DNA from: Candidatus Campbellbacteria bacterium
GTDB taxonomy: Bacteria > Patescibacteriota > Minisyncoccia > Phycocordibacterales > EsbW-18
Assembly (NCBI GenBank): GCA_045863475.1
Contig: BTUR01000003.1
Location: forward strand, 8,647-72,646
Reading direction: 5' to 3'
Length of the DNA: 64,000 nt
Part shown: piece by piece, positions 28,950-39,555 of the stretch
Layout of the letters: every line of letters starts with the position of its first letter
Numbering within the stretch: position 1 is the first letter of the stretch
Position numbers and translations under genes: made by a program
The notes under the pieces: generated by a model
What the model saw: the letters and a program-made list of their open reading frames with translations, nothing else
Told to the model about the DNA's origin: nothing
Database searches by the model: none

Positions 28950-29449
28950 GCATCTTCAATCGCATCCGCAACCCTGAAATCGTCCGCAACCTCGTATTCG
29001 GAACGGAAGACAGTTTGGTGTCGACCATCGGGTTTGTCTCCGGCATCGCATCAGCCGGTGTTGCGTCACGCACCATCATTCTCTCCGGCGTTATTCTTAT
29101 CCTCGTGGAGGCGTTTTCGATGGCGATCGGTTCGCTTGTGTCGAGTAATTCAGCCGACGAGGTGATGAAACAAAAAGCGGTGGCGTACGGCCGTTCTACC
29201 GGGTATGCGTTCATCATGTTTTTCTCGTACATCGTCGCCGGTGCACTCGTGCTACTCCCGTATTTCGTCGTTCCCGTTGCCGCCGCGTTCCGTGCGTCCA
29301 TCTGCATCGCGCTTATCCTTCTGTTCTCGCTTGGCGCGCTCTCGGGTTACTACGCGCGCATCTCTCCGTGGCGCAAAGGTATTTCCATTACGCTTATCGG
29401 TGGCATCGCCATTGTAATTGGTGTTGTTGTCGGCAGCGCTTTTAATTAA
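28946..29449 (+). CDS. VIT1/CCC1 family transporter
   Basis: VFGTEDSLVST, AFSMAIG. Confidence 0.8.
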   Translation: MSIFNRIRNPEIVRNLVFGTEDSLVSTIGFVSGIASAGVASRTIILSGVILILVEAFSMAIGSLVSSNSADEVMKQKAVAYGRSTGYAFIMFFSYIVAGALVLLPYFVVPVAAAFRASICIALILLFSLGALSGYYARISPWRKGISITLIGGIAIVIGVVVGSAFN

Positions 29450-29464
29450 TCACCTAACCACACT

Positions 29465-29908
29465 ATGAAAAAAACAGCACTCATTGTCGGAGTACTTATT
29501 CTTGCGGGAATCGCCTGGTATGCATACCGAGCGCCGCAGGAACCTTTGGCAACGCTTACTGAAGAGCGGGGAGGGGTTCCGTACGAGATGATTACCGTGG
29601 ACTCGCCCCGGCCCGACAGCGTCGTTACGTCACCGCTTACGGTTACCGGTCGCGCACGCGGCTACTGGTTTTTTGAGGCGTCATTTCCGGTCTCACTCGT
29701 AAACTGGGATGGACTTATCATTGCGCAGGGAATTGCAACCGCGAAAGATGATTGGATGACGGAAGAGTTGGTGGAATTTGAGGCAGTACTTGCATTTGAG
29801 AAGCCGACGCTGTATCCGGAGCGCGGGGCGCTCATTCTGCAAAGAGACAACCCGTCAGGACTTCCTGAGAACGACGCGGCGCTTGAGATACCGATTCGCT
29901 ACGAATAA
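29465..29908 (+). CDS. Gmad2 Ig-like domain protein
   Basis: SPLTVTGRARGYWFFEASFP...DNPSG. Confidence 0.75.
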   Translation: MKKTALIVGVLILAGIAWYAYRAPQEPLATLTEERGGVPYEMITVDSPRPDSVVTSPLTVTGRARGYWFFEASFPVSLVNWDGLIIAQGIATAKDDWMTEELVEFEAVLAFEKPTLYPERGALILQRDNPSGLPENDAALEIPIRYE

Positions 29909-29911
29909 CAC

Positions 29912-30862
29912 ATGAACGACATACCAGATACAGTAGCGCCGGCGGCTCCTGCCACGAAAGCAGTCCGGACACGAAAGAAAAAGTATTCCACGGAAGTTCT
30001 GTACGCCGCGGCCGGAGGGACGTTTCTTATGGGTGTTTTACTCATGGGAGTCGCGGTCTCGTCGGTGCGCAAAGATATCGAGTCAATGGCACTGCGTCTC
30101 AATGCGCTTGAAAACATGGCGGTGACAACAAGCGAGCAGACGGCTTCAATTCTGTCGTCGATGTCGGAGGACGAACGGGAACGGTACGAACAGGAGCTGG
30201 CGTTTCAGGAACAACTCGCGGCACTTTCAAGCAATCTTTCAAGTCAGCAGTCGCAAATTACAACTGTTGTGCAGACGACTGATGTCAGCGCCAGAATAGC
30301 CGCGTGGAGCCCGTTTGTGTACACGATTGAATGCCGCTTCACACTCGCAAACGGGGAGGATGACACGGACCGCGGTTCCGCGACCTTAGAGCGCACATCA
30401 TTCGGCGTGCGTCTCATCACCAACAAGCACGTTATTGAGCGCACTGACTCAGGTGTGCTTGAAGAATGTACGCTGTCGAAACCAGATACCGACACGGAAA
30501 TTGAAGTTGATGCGGAAAGCTTCGTGAAAAACGAGGACGCCGATTACGCGTATGCGTTTTTGAGCGCGAATGCTGACGCCATGCTCTTTACACAGCGTTG
30601 CGCGCAGAAACCCGCCATCGGTGACACGGTGCTCATCCTCGGGTATCCGGGTATTGGTGCGAAAGAGTCCATCACCGCAACGGAAGGTATTATTTCCGGA
30701 TTTGATGAGGATTACTACACGACGTCCGCGAAGATTGAGAAGGGAAACTCCGGCGGTGCGGCGATTGATGTGAAGCGAAACTGTTTTTTGGGACTTCCGA
30801 CACTCGTATTCTCCGGTCGCGTGGAATCACTCGCGCGTATCCTGCCCGTGCTCGGGCTCTAA
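29912..30862 (+). CDS. Membrane-anchored trypsin-like serine protease
   Basis: TNKHV, LGYP, GNSGG. Confidence 0.8.
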   Translation: MNDIPDTVAPAAPATKAVRTRKKKYSTEVLYAAAGGTFLMGVLLMGVAVSSVRKDIESMALRLNALENMAVTTSEQTASILSSMSEDERERYEQELAFQEQLAALSSNLSSQQSQITTVVQTTDVSARIAAWSPFVYTIECRFTLANGEDDTDRGSATLERTSFGVRLITNKHVIERTDSGVLEECTLSKPDTDTEIEVDAESFVKNEDADYAYAFLSANADAMLFTQRCAQKPAIGDTVLILGYPGIGAKESITATEGIISGFDEDYYTTSAKIEKGNSGGAAIDVKRNCFLGLPTLVFSGRVESLARILPVLGL

Positions 30863-30881
30863 TATGGTATACTGACCGCAT

Positions 30882-31175
30882 ATGTTTGAGACCGTACAAG
30901 CAATAGACGTATTTTTTATCGTCATGGCGCTCTCGATTGCGATTGCGACGATAGTTGGGGCGCTCATCGGCTGGCACGTATTCGGCATCGCACGCGACGC
31001 ACACAAAGTGGTGAGTGCGGTTCGCGACGAAGGTGAAGCGGTCGTGCACGAAGCCGCAGTGGCCGTGAAGCACATTGTTGAAGAAAAAGCGCAGGAAATC
31101 CGCCAAAAAATCAGCGATATAAAACCGCAGAAACCGCGTCGTAAGAGCACAAAGCGCAAGCTCGTTACCGGCTAA
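30882..31175 (+). CDS. Hypothetical membrane protein
   Basis: 97 aa, one TM, TATACT just upstream. Confidence 0.6.
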   Translation: MFETVQAIDVFFIVMALSIAIATIVGALIGWHVFGIARDAHKVVSAVRDEGEAVVHEAAVAVKHIVEEKAQEIRQKISDIKPQKPRRKSTKRKLVTG

Positions 31176-31188
31176 TCTCCGTTGCTGT

Positions 31189-31575
31189 ATGCGAAAGATA
31201 CTCATCACACTTGGAGTTGTCATCATCCTTTTGGTAGCCGGTTTTTTCATGTTCAAAAACAAGGATGCGGCTGAACCTGAAACGTCGGTTGATATTCAGG
31301 AAGGACAGACGTTGACTGATGAGGACGTTCAAGAAATCATCCAAATGGTCGGTCGACATATACAACTGCCGGATGAGATGCCGGAAGTCGGTGTAGTCAC
31401 CGATATTGAAATACTCCGTTCAACACAGCCCTTTTACGCGAATGCGGAGAACGGCAATGTTCTTCTGCTGTATCCGAGCATCTCGCGCGCCATTCTTTTT
31501 GATCCGGACCAGGACGTCATCATCAATGTCGGCCCGATTGTGTTTGAAAACCCGGAAGGAGGACCGACTGAATAA
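31189..31575 (+). CDS. Hypothetical membrane-anchored protein
   Basis: N-terminal TM; 'QPFYANAENG...AILFDP...IINVGP'. Confidence 0.65.
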   Translation: MRKILITLGVVIILLVAGFFMFKNKDAAEPETSVDIQEGQTLTDEDVQEIIQMVGRHIQLPDEMPEVGVVTDIEILRSTQPFYANAENGNVLLLYPSISRAILFDPDQDVIINVGPIVFENPEGGPTE

Positions 31576-31629
31576 CGCAAACTACAAAAAACCACTCCGG
31601 CACGCCGGAGTGGTTTTCAGTTCGTTTGG

Positions 31630-31905
31630 TTAGATGCCGAGCAGTTGGCGGATACGCCCCTCATCAAACCCGATGATGATTTCTTCGTGGCCGGCCTGTC
31701 CTTCAGGAACTGAGGGGTCAACGATTGCAATGACCGGAACACCGAGCTGGTTGGTCTTTTGCACCATTTCCATTCGCTTGGCGACGTCTTCGGCGACGTT
31801 GTAATCAGTGAAGGTGACGTTTTTCTCAGCAAACAGATCTTTCGCCATGTGGCAGAAGTGGCATGTCGGGGTGGAGTAAATGGAGACCGTTTTTGTCTGG
31901 GCCAT
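31630..31905 (-). CDS. Glutaredoxin-like (NrdH-redoxin) protein
   Basis: YSTPTCHFC, GVPVI, IIGFD. Confidence 0.88.
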   Translation of the reverse strand: MAQTKTVSIYSTPTCHFCHMAKDLFAEKNVTFTDYNVAEDVAKRMEMVQKTNQLGVPVIAIVDPSVPEGQAGHEEIIIGFDEGRIRQLLGI

Positions 31906-31979
31906 AGGTCAGAAAATAGTGAATGGTGAATAGTGGAGGAAGTATACCACGGGGGAATGTGCGGAAAAGTTGCAGACGG

Positions 31980-33137
31980 TTATTTTGTGTCGCGTAATCG
32001 AAGCGTCGGTATAAGCCCGCTGAGCACGAAGAGACCGAGTACCAAAAAGATGAACCGCATGTCTATAAAGGTCAAAAATACCGAGAAAATAAGCGGCGCG
32101 ACAATATAGCCCATGGGTTCAACGATGCGGTACAGGCTTACCGTCTCAACGTCGTCTTTGCTGACGTGCTTGAAAAAGTACGTCTCCGTCATGATCTCAA
32201 CGGCCGCGGCGCCGATGCGGGTGGCAAGGAGCACGAGACTCCAGACAAGCACGCTGCCGCTCGTGACCCAGGTTACAAGCGCGGTTGCAAGGGCAGTCAT
32301 GAGAAACCCGCCGAACATTATTTCTTTTTCTCCAAAGCGCGTATCCGCAAGACGTCCGAGCGGGTACTCAAGCACCGCAAACGGTATGAGCATGACGGTA
32401 AACGCGATGCCGATTTTCTCCCACGACATACCCATACTCTGGTGCAGGTACAGTCCCGTGTAGACGACCATGGCCGCGTAGAACATTCGCAGTACGAGAT
32501 TTGCTGAGAAGATGTTTCTGAGTGCCGGGTGCCGCCAGACGGAGCGTAGTGCGGGAATGAGTTGCAAGCGCGTGTGTGTGGAGTCCTTGAATCCTCTGAA
32601 TGAAAAGAGAAGCAGAAGAACGGCGGGAACGAGCGCAAAGAGCGACGCGAAGAATATGCGCGTGTACTCGGTGCCGTCATCCAGCAAGAGACCGACGAAG
32701 AGTGGCGAGAGGAGGAGTGCGGTGTTGCCGGCGGCCATGAAGATGCCGCGGAGCCGCCCTGTCTCGGCATCAAATGAGAGTGTCTCAAGAATGATGTCAG
32801 TGTCGAAGAACAGCACACGCACGAGTACGTAGTGAGCGATGAACGACAGTGCAATGAGCGCGACGGAAGGAGCAAACGTCAGTCCGAAGAGCGCGAGACC
32901 CTCAATAAGGAGGGCCAGCGCGGTGAAGCGTATACTGCCGAATAGTTTGAGTGCGTGCGGCAGGTACAGGAGAACGGGTATGGAGAGAAGCGCTGCGAGC
33001 GAGAAGAGCAACCCGACACTCCTCACTGACATATGCTCCTCAAGGATGCTTCCGTTGATGTAGAGGAAGAGATATGCGTGAAACGAAAGCAGGAAGGTGA
33101 GGAGGTATGTGTTGGAGAGCAGTATGGAGCGCTTCAT
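31980..33137 (-). CDS. MFS transporter
   Basis: About 12 TM, GRLADTRFG motif. Confidence 0.85.
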   Translation of the reverse strand: MKRSILLSNTYLLTFLLSFHAYLFLYINGSILEEHMSVRSVGLLFSLAALLSIPVLLYLPHALKLFGSIRFTALALLIEGLALFGLTFAPSVALIALSFIAHYVLVRVLFFDTDIILETLSFDAETGRLRGIFMAAGNTALLLSPLFVGLLLDDGTEYTRIFFASLFALVPAVLLLLFSFRGFKDSTHTRLQLIPALRSVWRHPALRNIFSANLVLRMFYAAMVVYTGLYLHQSMGMSWEKIGIAFTVMLIPFAVLEYPLGRLADTRFGEKEIMFGGFLMTALATALVTWVTSGSVLVWSLVLLATRIGAAAVEIMTETYFFKHVSKDDVETVSLYRIVEPMGYIVAPLIFSVFLTFIDMRFIFLVLGLFVLSGLIPTLRLRDTK

Positions 33138-33258
33138 CCCGTTAGAGGCAAACCGCGGTGCTTCGCGGAGTGCGGTGGTTAGTCTGCCAAAGAATCTGTC
33201 CCATAAGTACTATTGTAACGCATACCTACTCACGATCTCTAACGGGATTCATGGTTCT

Positions 33259-35301
33259 CTAGACGCCGATGACGACAGGAATAACGATAGGGGATTTACC
33301 CGTTTTTTGGAAGAGGAACTTTCGTATGTCGTCGGTGATGACTCCTTTCACGATGTCGAAGTTAATCGGATGCATGCCGCGCGTCGTGTTTTCAGCGGCC
33401 TTCGTGACTAATGAGCGTGCTCCTGAGATGAGTTCCTGCTGTTCTTTGAGGTAGACGAATCCGCGCGAAATGATGTCGGGGGACTTGCGCAATTTGCCGG
33501 TTTTCGGATTTACCGATACGACGATAACGAAAATACCGTCCTCGGAAAGCGTTTGGCGATCGCGCACGACGACGTGTTGCTGTTCACCGACGGAGAAGCC
33601 GTCCACCATGATGGACCCTGCCGGTGCCTTCTCCTTGCGTACGGCAATTTTGTCTCCGCCCTCGGAAATTTCAATGATGGAACCGTTGTCCGGAATGACG
33701 ATGTTTTCTTTCGGTGCGCCGAGATGTTCGGCCATTTCCGCGTGGATGCGGAGCATGAAGTGGTGACCGTGGAGCGGCATGAAGTACTTGTAGTCGAGCT
33801 GTTGGTGAATCCAACCGAGCTCGTCGCGGTTACCGTGGCCTGAGGCGTGCACGGTGGAATCCTGGTACGTGATGATACGCGCTTCCTGACGGTACAGGTT
33901 GTCTTTGAGTTTTGTGATGGCGCGCTCGTTGCCCGGAATGACGGATGACGAGAAGACGACCGTGTCGGTGCGGGAAAGCGTGATGTACTTGTGTGTCTTG
34001 TTGGCGATGCGGTCGAACACCGAGTATTCCTCGCCCTGTGCGCCGGTTGCCAGCACGATGATGCGGTTTGCCGGATAGTCTTCCATCTCCTCAATCGGGA
34101 TGATGTTGTCGAATTTCACGAGCTCGAGTTGTTTGACGATTTCAACGTTGCTCTTCATGGAGCGACCGTCGATGGCGACAACTTTGTTGTATTTCTGCGC
34201 GAGTTTGATGAACTGAATGACGCGCTCGACTTGCGATGCAAAGGTGCCGATGATGAGGCGTCCGGGGACGTCTTTGAGAATTCCTTCCATGGTTTCCATG
34301 GCTTTTGATTCAGGGAGCGAAAATCCCGGTTTTTCAACTGATGTTGAGTCGAGTGTGAAGAGGAGGATTTTTTTGTCAGCAAAATGCTTCCAGTGCTCTT
34401 TTTCTTTGTCCGTCGGTATACCGTCGACGTGGTCAACGCGAACGTCCTCAACGAATGCAACGGTGCCGATTGGCGTGTCGATAAGAAGACCCATTGAGTC
34501 GGGGATTGCGTGCGAGATAGGGAAGAAGGAGACCGAGAAGTTCTTGCCGATTTTGATGGTCTCCGTGCCGCGCACGGTTTTCATATCAAGCGGTGCAACA
34601 TCCGGAAACTCGAGTTGGCGCTTCTGGATGATGAGCGAGCCGAATTCGCGCGAGTAAATCGGCGGGTTACCGATGTCTTCAATGATATACGGAATAGCGC
34701 CGATGTGGTCGTAGTGTCCGTGGGTGATGAACAACGCTTTCACGCGGTCTTTGCGTTCTTTCAGGTACGTTACGTCCGGCAGAATGTAGTCGATGCCCGG
34801 TGTTTCCGCTTCTGAGAATTGGAAACCGGCATCAACAACGATAATTTCGTCGCCGTACTCCAAAAGCGTCATGTTCTTGCCGATTTCCTCAGTTCCGCCG
34901 AGCGGAACGACGCGAAGTACACCTTCGGCAGGAGGCGGAATGTGGGTGCTTCGATTACCCGGAGAAGGAGATGTTTTTTGAATACGGGTTTTGTCCGGGC
35001 GACGCATGCGAACCGGTTTACCGGATCCTCCTCGTCCTCCGCGGCGTCCGTCGCCGGCGTTATTGCCGCGGCGAAAATTGCCCCCGCGCTGGCGTTCATT
35101 CCCTCCGGTGCGCCTTGGGCGCGCCTGTGCTTCTCCCGTTGACTCGAGTGCTGAGAACACGCGTCGCTTGCGTGGTGCGCCGTTTCCGGTTTTTGCCAGT
35201 GGCACCGAGCCCTGTGCGGGTGCCTTGTGGGTGGGAGCCGTCTGTGTACGCATCACGCGGATGCGTCCTCGCGAACGCCCATGACCTGAGTGTCGTTCCA
35301 T
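33259..35301 (-). CDS. rnj: Ribonuclease J with long R/G-rich N-terminal extension
   Basis: PLGGTEEIGKN, THGHYDHIG, HASGH, DIISRGFVY. Confidence 0.93.
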   Translation of the reverse strand: MERHSGHGRSRGRIRVMRTQTAPTHKAPAQGSVPLAKTGNGAPRKRRVFSALESTGEAQARPRRTGGNERQRGGNFRRGNNAGDGRRGGRGGSGKPVRMRRPDKTRIQKTSPSPGNRSTHIPPPAEGVLRVVPLGGTEEIGKNMTLLEYGDEIIVVDAGFQFSEAETPGIDYILPDVTYLKERKDRVKALFITHGHYDHIGAIPYIIEDIGNPPIYSREFGSLIIQKRQLEFPDVAPLDMKTVRGTETIKIGKNFSVSFFPISHAIPDSMGLLIDTPIGTVAFVEDVRVDHVDGIPTDKEKEHWKHFADKKILLFTLDSTSVEKPGFSLPESKAMETMEGILKDVPGRLIIGTFASQVERVIQFIKLAQKYNKVVAIDGRSMKSNVEIVKQLELVKFDNIIPIEEMEDYPANRIIVLATGAQGEEYSVFDRIANKTHKYITLSRTDTVVFSSSVIPGNERAITKLKDNLYRQEARIITYQDSTVHASGHGNRDELGWIHQQLDYKYFMPLHGHHFMLRIHAEMAEHLGAPKENIVIPDNGSIIEISEGGDKIAVRKEKAPAGSIMVDGFSVGEQQHVVVRDRQTLSEDGIFVIVVSVNPKTGKLRKSPDIISRGFVYLKEQQELISGARSLVTKAAENTTRGMHPINFDIVKGVITDDIRKFLFQKTGKSPIVIPVVIGV

Positions 35302-35329
35302 AACTGTCTGTAGGTAGCCTACGTTGTTG

Positions 35330-37024
35330 CTAATTGACTAAAAAGGTAAAAATTCGTTGTGTGTTCACGTACCACGTGTGTGCGTCAAGAAAACGTTCGC
35401 TCGGTTCTTGTACTGACCCTTCATAGACACCCAAGATGTTCTTCGGAAGGACATAGACCATGTCGGGGACATAGAGAAACAGCGACGGTATGTCTGACTG
35501 CCACTCATCCAAAAACGAGCCGTACAAAGCTGTTCGTTCGTCGTGAGAAAGGGTGGTTCGTAGCTTCTCCAATGTAGCATCGGCGCTTGCGTTTGTATAG
35601 AGCGCAACATTGAGTCCCGGGTCGTTGCGCTGACTTGAGTGCCAGAACGGATAGAGGTCGCCTTCGCGGGAGAGAACTTGCCCGAACAAGAGCGCGTCGT
35701 AGTCGCGTGTGCGGATGACGCTTTGGTTGAGGGCAGCGAGGTCAAAGAGTTCAACGGACACGGATGCGCCCAGATCGTTCCATTGCTTCTGCAGAAGTTC
35801 GGCGGCGAGCTTGAGTGCGGGGCTGTTGACTGTTTTTATCGAAAACGAGAGTTCCATACTCTTTTTCGTGTACACACCTGTTTCGGCATCGCGCGTCCAT
35901 CCGGAATTTTCAAGTAGTGCACGCGCGTCATCGACTGTTTTTGCCGGTGTTGCCGTCGCGCTGTAGAGATGCGGCGGGAGCGGAGTTGTAATCGGCGTGC
36001 CGAAGCCGCCGAGGACGTTTTCAATGATTTCGTCGCGGTTGACGGCGTAGGAGAGCGCTTTGCGAACCGCTTGGTCGGTGAATATGTCGTTGTGGTTGTA
36101 ATTGAAGAAGACACCGAAGGTGCGCGGGAGTGGGTAGCGCTTCACGGCCTCCGCATCTTCAATAAATTGCTGCATTGAATACGGGTCGGTTCCGCGGAAT
36201 GCGTCGATGTCACCGTCTGCGTACGCATCAAGCATTTCTCGTTCGTTTCCGAATATGTGCAGGAAGATGCGGGAGAGGTACGGTTCGCCGAGGCCGTAAC
36301 GCTTAAACGGGCGCAACAGATAATTCGTTACGACACCGTCGTTCTCCCGGATGCGTTCAAGCGCAAACGGTCCTGAACCGACAGGGCGCTCATTAAACGT
36401 TGAACCGCGAAAATCCTCGGCCGCGATGTCTTCCCAGATATGTTGCGGCATGATGCCGAGTGTCGTGTTGTTGAGAAAGCCGGCGTATGGTCGTGAGAGT
36501 GTAAACACAACGGTGCGCGCACCTTGCGCCTCGACGGTAACGCCGTCCCAGGTGCCCGCTCTCAAACTGCCGATGCGCGGGTCTTGTGCGCTTTTGACGG
36601 TGAAGACGACATCGCGTGCGGTCAGCGGCGTGTTGTCGTGAAAGTACAGTTCGGGCCGGAGCGTGAATGTGTACACCGTTTTGTCGTCTGACACGGAGTA
36701 CGACTCGGCAAGATCGGGAATGAGTTCGCCTCCCGGGAGTGCACGCATGAGCCCGGCATACATCAGTATGGTGAGGTCGCGGTCCGCGTCGGTTTGTGCC
36801 AGAAGGGGATTGATGAAACGCGGGGTTCCGACGATACCCTCATGGAGCGTGCCGCCCGGTGCGGGGACAACAACGGTGAGTTTTCCGTGCCACAACAGGA
36901 GCATCCACGAGAGGCTGACAACGGCAATGGCGGCAAGAACGACAAGACCCGCGCGCTCAAGAAAAGAGAGCGAGGCGAACGTGGAGCGCACGTACTCACG
37001 AAATCGGTGAGGTCGGCTATGCAT
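35330..37024 (-). CDS. ABC transporter peptide-binding protein (family 5)
   Basis: PDLAES, FHD..PLTARDVVFT, PVGSGPF, VRKALSYAVNR. Confidence 0.88.
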   Translation of the reverse strand: MHSRPHRFREYVRSTFASLSFLERAGLVVLAAIAVVSLSWMLLLWHGKLTVVVPAPGGTLHEGIVGTPRFINPLLAQTDADRDLTILMYAGLMRALPGGELIPDLAESYSVSDDKTVYTFTLRPELYFHDNTPLTARDVVFTVKSAQDPRIGSLRAGTWDGVTVEAQGARTVVFTLSRPYAGFLNNTTLGIMPQHIWEDIAAEDFRGSTFNERPVGSGPFALERIRENDGVVTNYLLRPFKRYGLGEPYLSRIFLHIFGNEREMLDAYADGDIDAFRGTDPYSMQQFIEDAEAVKRYPLPRTFGVFFNYNHNDIFTDQAVRKALSYAVNRDEIIENVLGGFGTPITTPLPPHLYSATATPAKTVDDARALLENSGWTRDAETGVYTKKSMELSFSIKTVNSPALKLAAELLQKQWNDLGASVSVELFDLAALNQSVIRTRDYDALLFGQVLSREGDLYPFWHSSQRNDPGLNVALYTNASADATLEKLRTTLSHDERTALYGSFLDEWQSDIPSLFLYVPDMVYVLPKNILGVYEGSVQEPSERFLDAHTWYVNTQRIFTFLVN

Positions 37025-37045
37025 GCATGAATTTTAAGACCGTAA

Positions 37046-37267
37046 TTAACGGAGCAAGAGTGCTGCGATTGCGGATGCAATAAACAGGGTAGCGACGGTA
37101 ATTGTCGCGTAAAAGACGATGCGCTCGGCGCCGCGGCGCGTGCGCTGGATACCGCCGTCATCACCGCCGAAGGCGGCTCCCATACCGGCGTCCGACTGCT
37201 GCATCAAAATAAGCACGATGAGCACGACGGCAAGTCCGATCTGTATGAATGGAATGTATGTAATCAT
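37046..37267 (-). CDS. secG: Preprotein translocase SecG
   Basis: ILMQQSDAGMGAAFGG...TRRGAE, two TM. Confidence 0.9.
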   Translation of the reverse strand: MITYIPFIQIGLAVVLIVLILMQQSDAGMGAAFGGDDGGIQRTRRGAERIVFYATITVATLFIASAIAALLLR

Positions 37268-37334
37268 GACGAATACGAGTATACCACAGTGGATTTCCGC
37301 GGTGAAGCAGCGTGGTACACTACAAAGACACACC

Positions 37335-39017
37335 ATGGCACTCCAACTTGAGGGACTTAAAAAGGATTTTTCTGGGGATATTGCCACTGATGACACGACG
37401 CTTACAGAGAAAAGCATTGATACGTCGCTGTTTTCCGTGCGCCCCGCGGCGGTTGTGTTTCCAAAGGATACACAAGACGTGCAGAAGCTCGTTGTATTTG
37501 CGTCACAAAATCCTGGCGTGACACTGACCGCGCGTGCAGCCGGAACGGGCATGGACGGCGGTGCACTCGGCGAGGGGATTGTTGTTGATTTTTCAAAATA
37601 CTTCAAACACATCAGCACGGTGACGTTTGCACAGGACTCAACACCGCTGATTTCCGCTCAGCCGGGTGTTTTTTATCGCGATTTTGAAAAAGAGACGCTG
37701 AAACGCGGGTATCTCATGCCCTCATACCCGGCGTCGCGCGAATTGTGTTGCCTAGGCGGTATGGTTGCGAACAATGCCGCAGGAGAACTGACGCTCAAAT
37801 ACGGAAAGGTTGAACAGTTTGTGAAAAAAGTAAAAGTCGTGCTTTCAGACGGCAAGGAATACGAGTTTGAGCCGCTCCGTGGCGATGCACTGCACCGCAA
37901 ACTCGTGCAAAAAGATTTTGAGGGTGACATCTATCGCCAAATGTTCAAACTCATCAATGATAATTACGAAATCCTACAGAACGCGCGCCCGAAAGTTTCC
38001 AAAAACTCCGCAGGCTACTACCTCTGGAACGTGTACGACAAAGAAAAGGATGTTTTCGACCTCACGAAACTCTTTGTCGGATCGCAGGGAACACTCGGGC
38101 TCGTAACGGACACGACGTTTTCACTCGTCCGCCCGGCTCAGCAATCACAAATGGTCATTGTGTTTCTCGATTCACTCAAGAATCTCGGCGACCTCGTTCG
38201 TATGGTGCTTGCACATGAGCCCACAACGTTTGAGTCGTACGACGACAAGACACTGAAGCTTGCGCTTAAATTTTTCTGGGATTTTGTGAAGCGTCTCGGG
38301 GTGCGTAATGTCTTCTCGCTCGCCTGGAACTCGCTTGGCGAGGCATTTTCAATTGTGCGCCACGGCATTCCGAAGCTTGTACTCCAAATAACATTCGATG
38401 GTGATGATAAAAAGGAGCTAGTGCAGAAAGCAAAAAAACTCGCAGATGATCTCAAACAGTTTTCCCCGCGCTATGTAGAGGTCATTACGAGCGCGCGCGA
38501 GATGGATGAGTACTGGCTTATCCGCCGCGAGAGCTTCAATCTACTGCGACACAAAGTGAAAGGCATGAAGACCGCGCCGTTTATTGACGACATTGTTGTG
38601 CCGCCGTCTGTTCTTCCGGAATTTTTCCCGCAGCTCTACGCCATTCTTGAAAAGTACGAGAAGCACATGATTCACAACATTGCGGGGCACATCGGCAACG
38701 GCAACTTCCACATCATTCCGCTCATGGATCTCACCAAGGAGGAGAACCGTGCGGTTATCCCCGAGATTGCGCAGCAGGTGTACGATCTTGTGTTTCGCTA
38801 CGGCGGTTCCACAACCGGTGAACACAACGACGGTATTGTGCGCACGCCGTTTCTCAAACAGCAGTATGGAGAGACAGTCACCGAATTATTTGCACAGACC
38901 AAGAAGATTTTTGACCCGAAGAATATATTCAACCCCGGGAAAAAGGTTCCAACCTCTCACACAGCAGGTCCGAATGGGTCGATGGCGTACGCACTCGCGC
39001 ATATAAAAAAAATCTAA
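37335..39017 (+). CDS. FAD-binding oxidoreductase (GlcD/D-lactate dehydrogenase-like)
   Basis: RAAGTG, GGMVANNAAG, GSQGTLG, GHIGNGNFH, GEHNDG, FNPGK. Confidence 0.85.
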   Translation: MALQLEGLKKDFSGDIATDDTTLTEKSIDTSLFSVRPAAVVFPKDTQDVQKLVVFASQNPGVTLTARAAGTGMDGGALGEGIVVDFSKYFKHISTVTFAQDSTPLISAQPGVFYRDFEKETLKRGYLMPSYPASRELCCLGGMVANNAAGELTLKYGKVEQFVKKVKVVLSDGKEYEFEPLRGDALHRKLVQKDFEGDIYRQMFKLINDNYEILQNARPKVSKNSAGYYLWNVYDKEKDVFDLTKLFVGSQGTLGLVTDTTFSLVRPAQQSQMVIVFLDSLKNLGDLVRMVLAHEPTTFESYDDKTLKLALKFFWDFVKRLGVRNVFSLAWNSLGEAFSIVRHGIPKLVLQITFDGDDKKELVQKAKKLADDLKQFSPRYVEVITSAREMDEYWLIRRESFNLLRHKVKGMKTAPFIDDIVVPPSVLPEFFPQLYAILEKYEKHMIHNIAGHIGNGNFHIIPLMDLTKEENRAVIPEIAQQVYDLVFRYGGSTTGEHNDGIVRTPFLKQQYGETVTELFAQTKKIFDPKNIFNPGKKVPTSHTAGPNGSMAYALAHIKKI

Positions 39018-39093
39018 GAGCGCTTGTGTCAAGTATATTTTCGAGCGTATACTTGTGCTCGCTTTTAGTAACTCTTAATAATCGTTTTTGGGT

Positions 39094-39414
39094 ATGAAAA
39101 AGAAAACCAATGCGAAGTCGGGTATTCAACCCTTGGGCGACCGGGTGCTGTTGCGTCCGCTTGCTTCCGAGGAACGCGCAACAAAACGTGCATCCGGCAT
39201 CATCATTCCCGAAACCGTTGACCATGAGCGTCCGGAGCAGGGAAAGATTATCGCGGTGGGACCGGGCCGGTACGAGGACGGGAAGCTTATTCCTGTGCGC
39301 GTAAAAGTCGGCGACACCGTCGTATTCTCGAAGTACGGGTTTGACGAGGTAAAGATAGACGGCGTTGAGTATTACATCCTTAAAGAAGACGCCATTTTGG
39401 CGGTTATCAAATAA
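39094..39414 (+). CDS. groES: Co-chaperonin GroES
   Basis: PLGDRVL, SGIIIP, AVGPG. Confidence 0.95.
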   Translation: MKKKTNAKSGIQPLGDRVLLRPLASEERATKRASGIIIPETVDHERPEQGKIIAVGPGRYEDGKLIPVRVKVGDTVVFSKYGFDEVKIDGVEYYILKEDAILAVIK

Positions 39415-39555
39415 CTGAAAACCAAGGAGCGGAGCGACTATGGTTTTCGTTACCCCGCCCTCAAAAGAAAACTAGGATTAAAAAAGTATATAAACACAGA
39501 GGGCGGGGTGATGATTTTCTAAAGCTCGTCCCTGCTCGCTAAGAAAATCAATCAT

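Noticed and set aside
39015-39093. CIRCE element upstream of groES
   Set aside because: An inverted repeat exists (CAAGTATA/TATACTTG) but does not match TTAGCACTC-N9-GAGTGCTAA.
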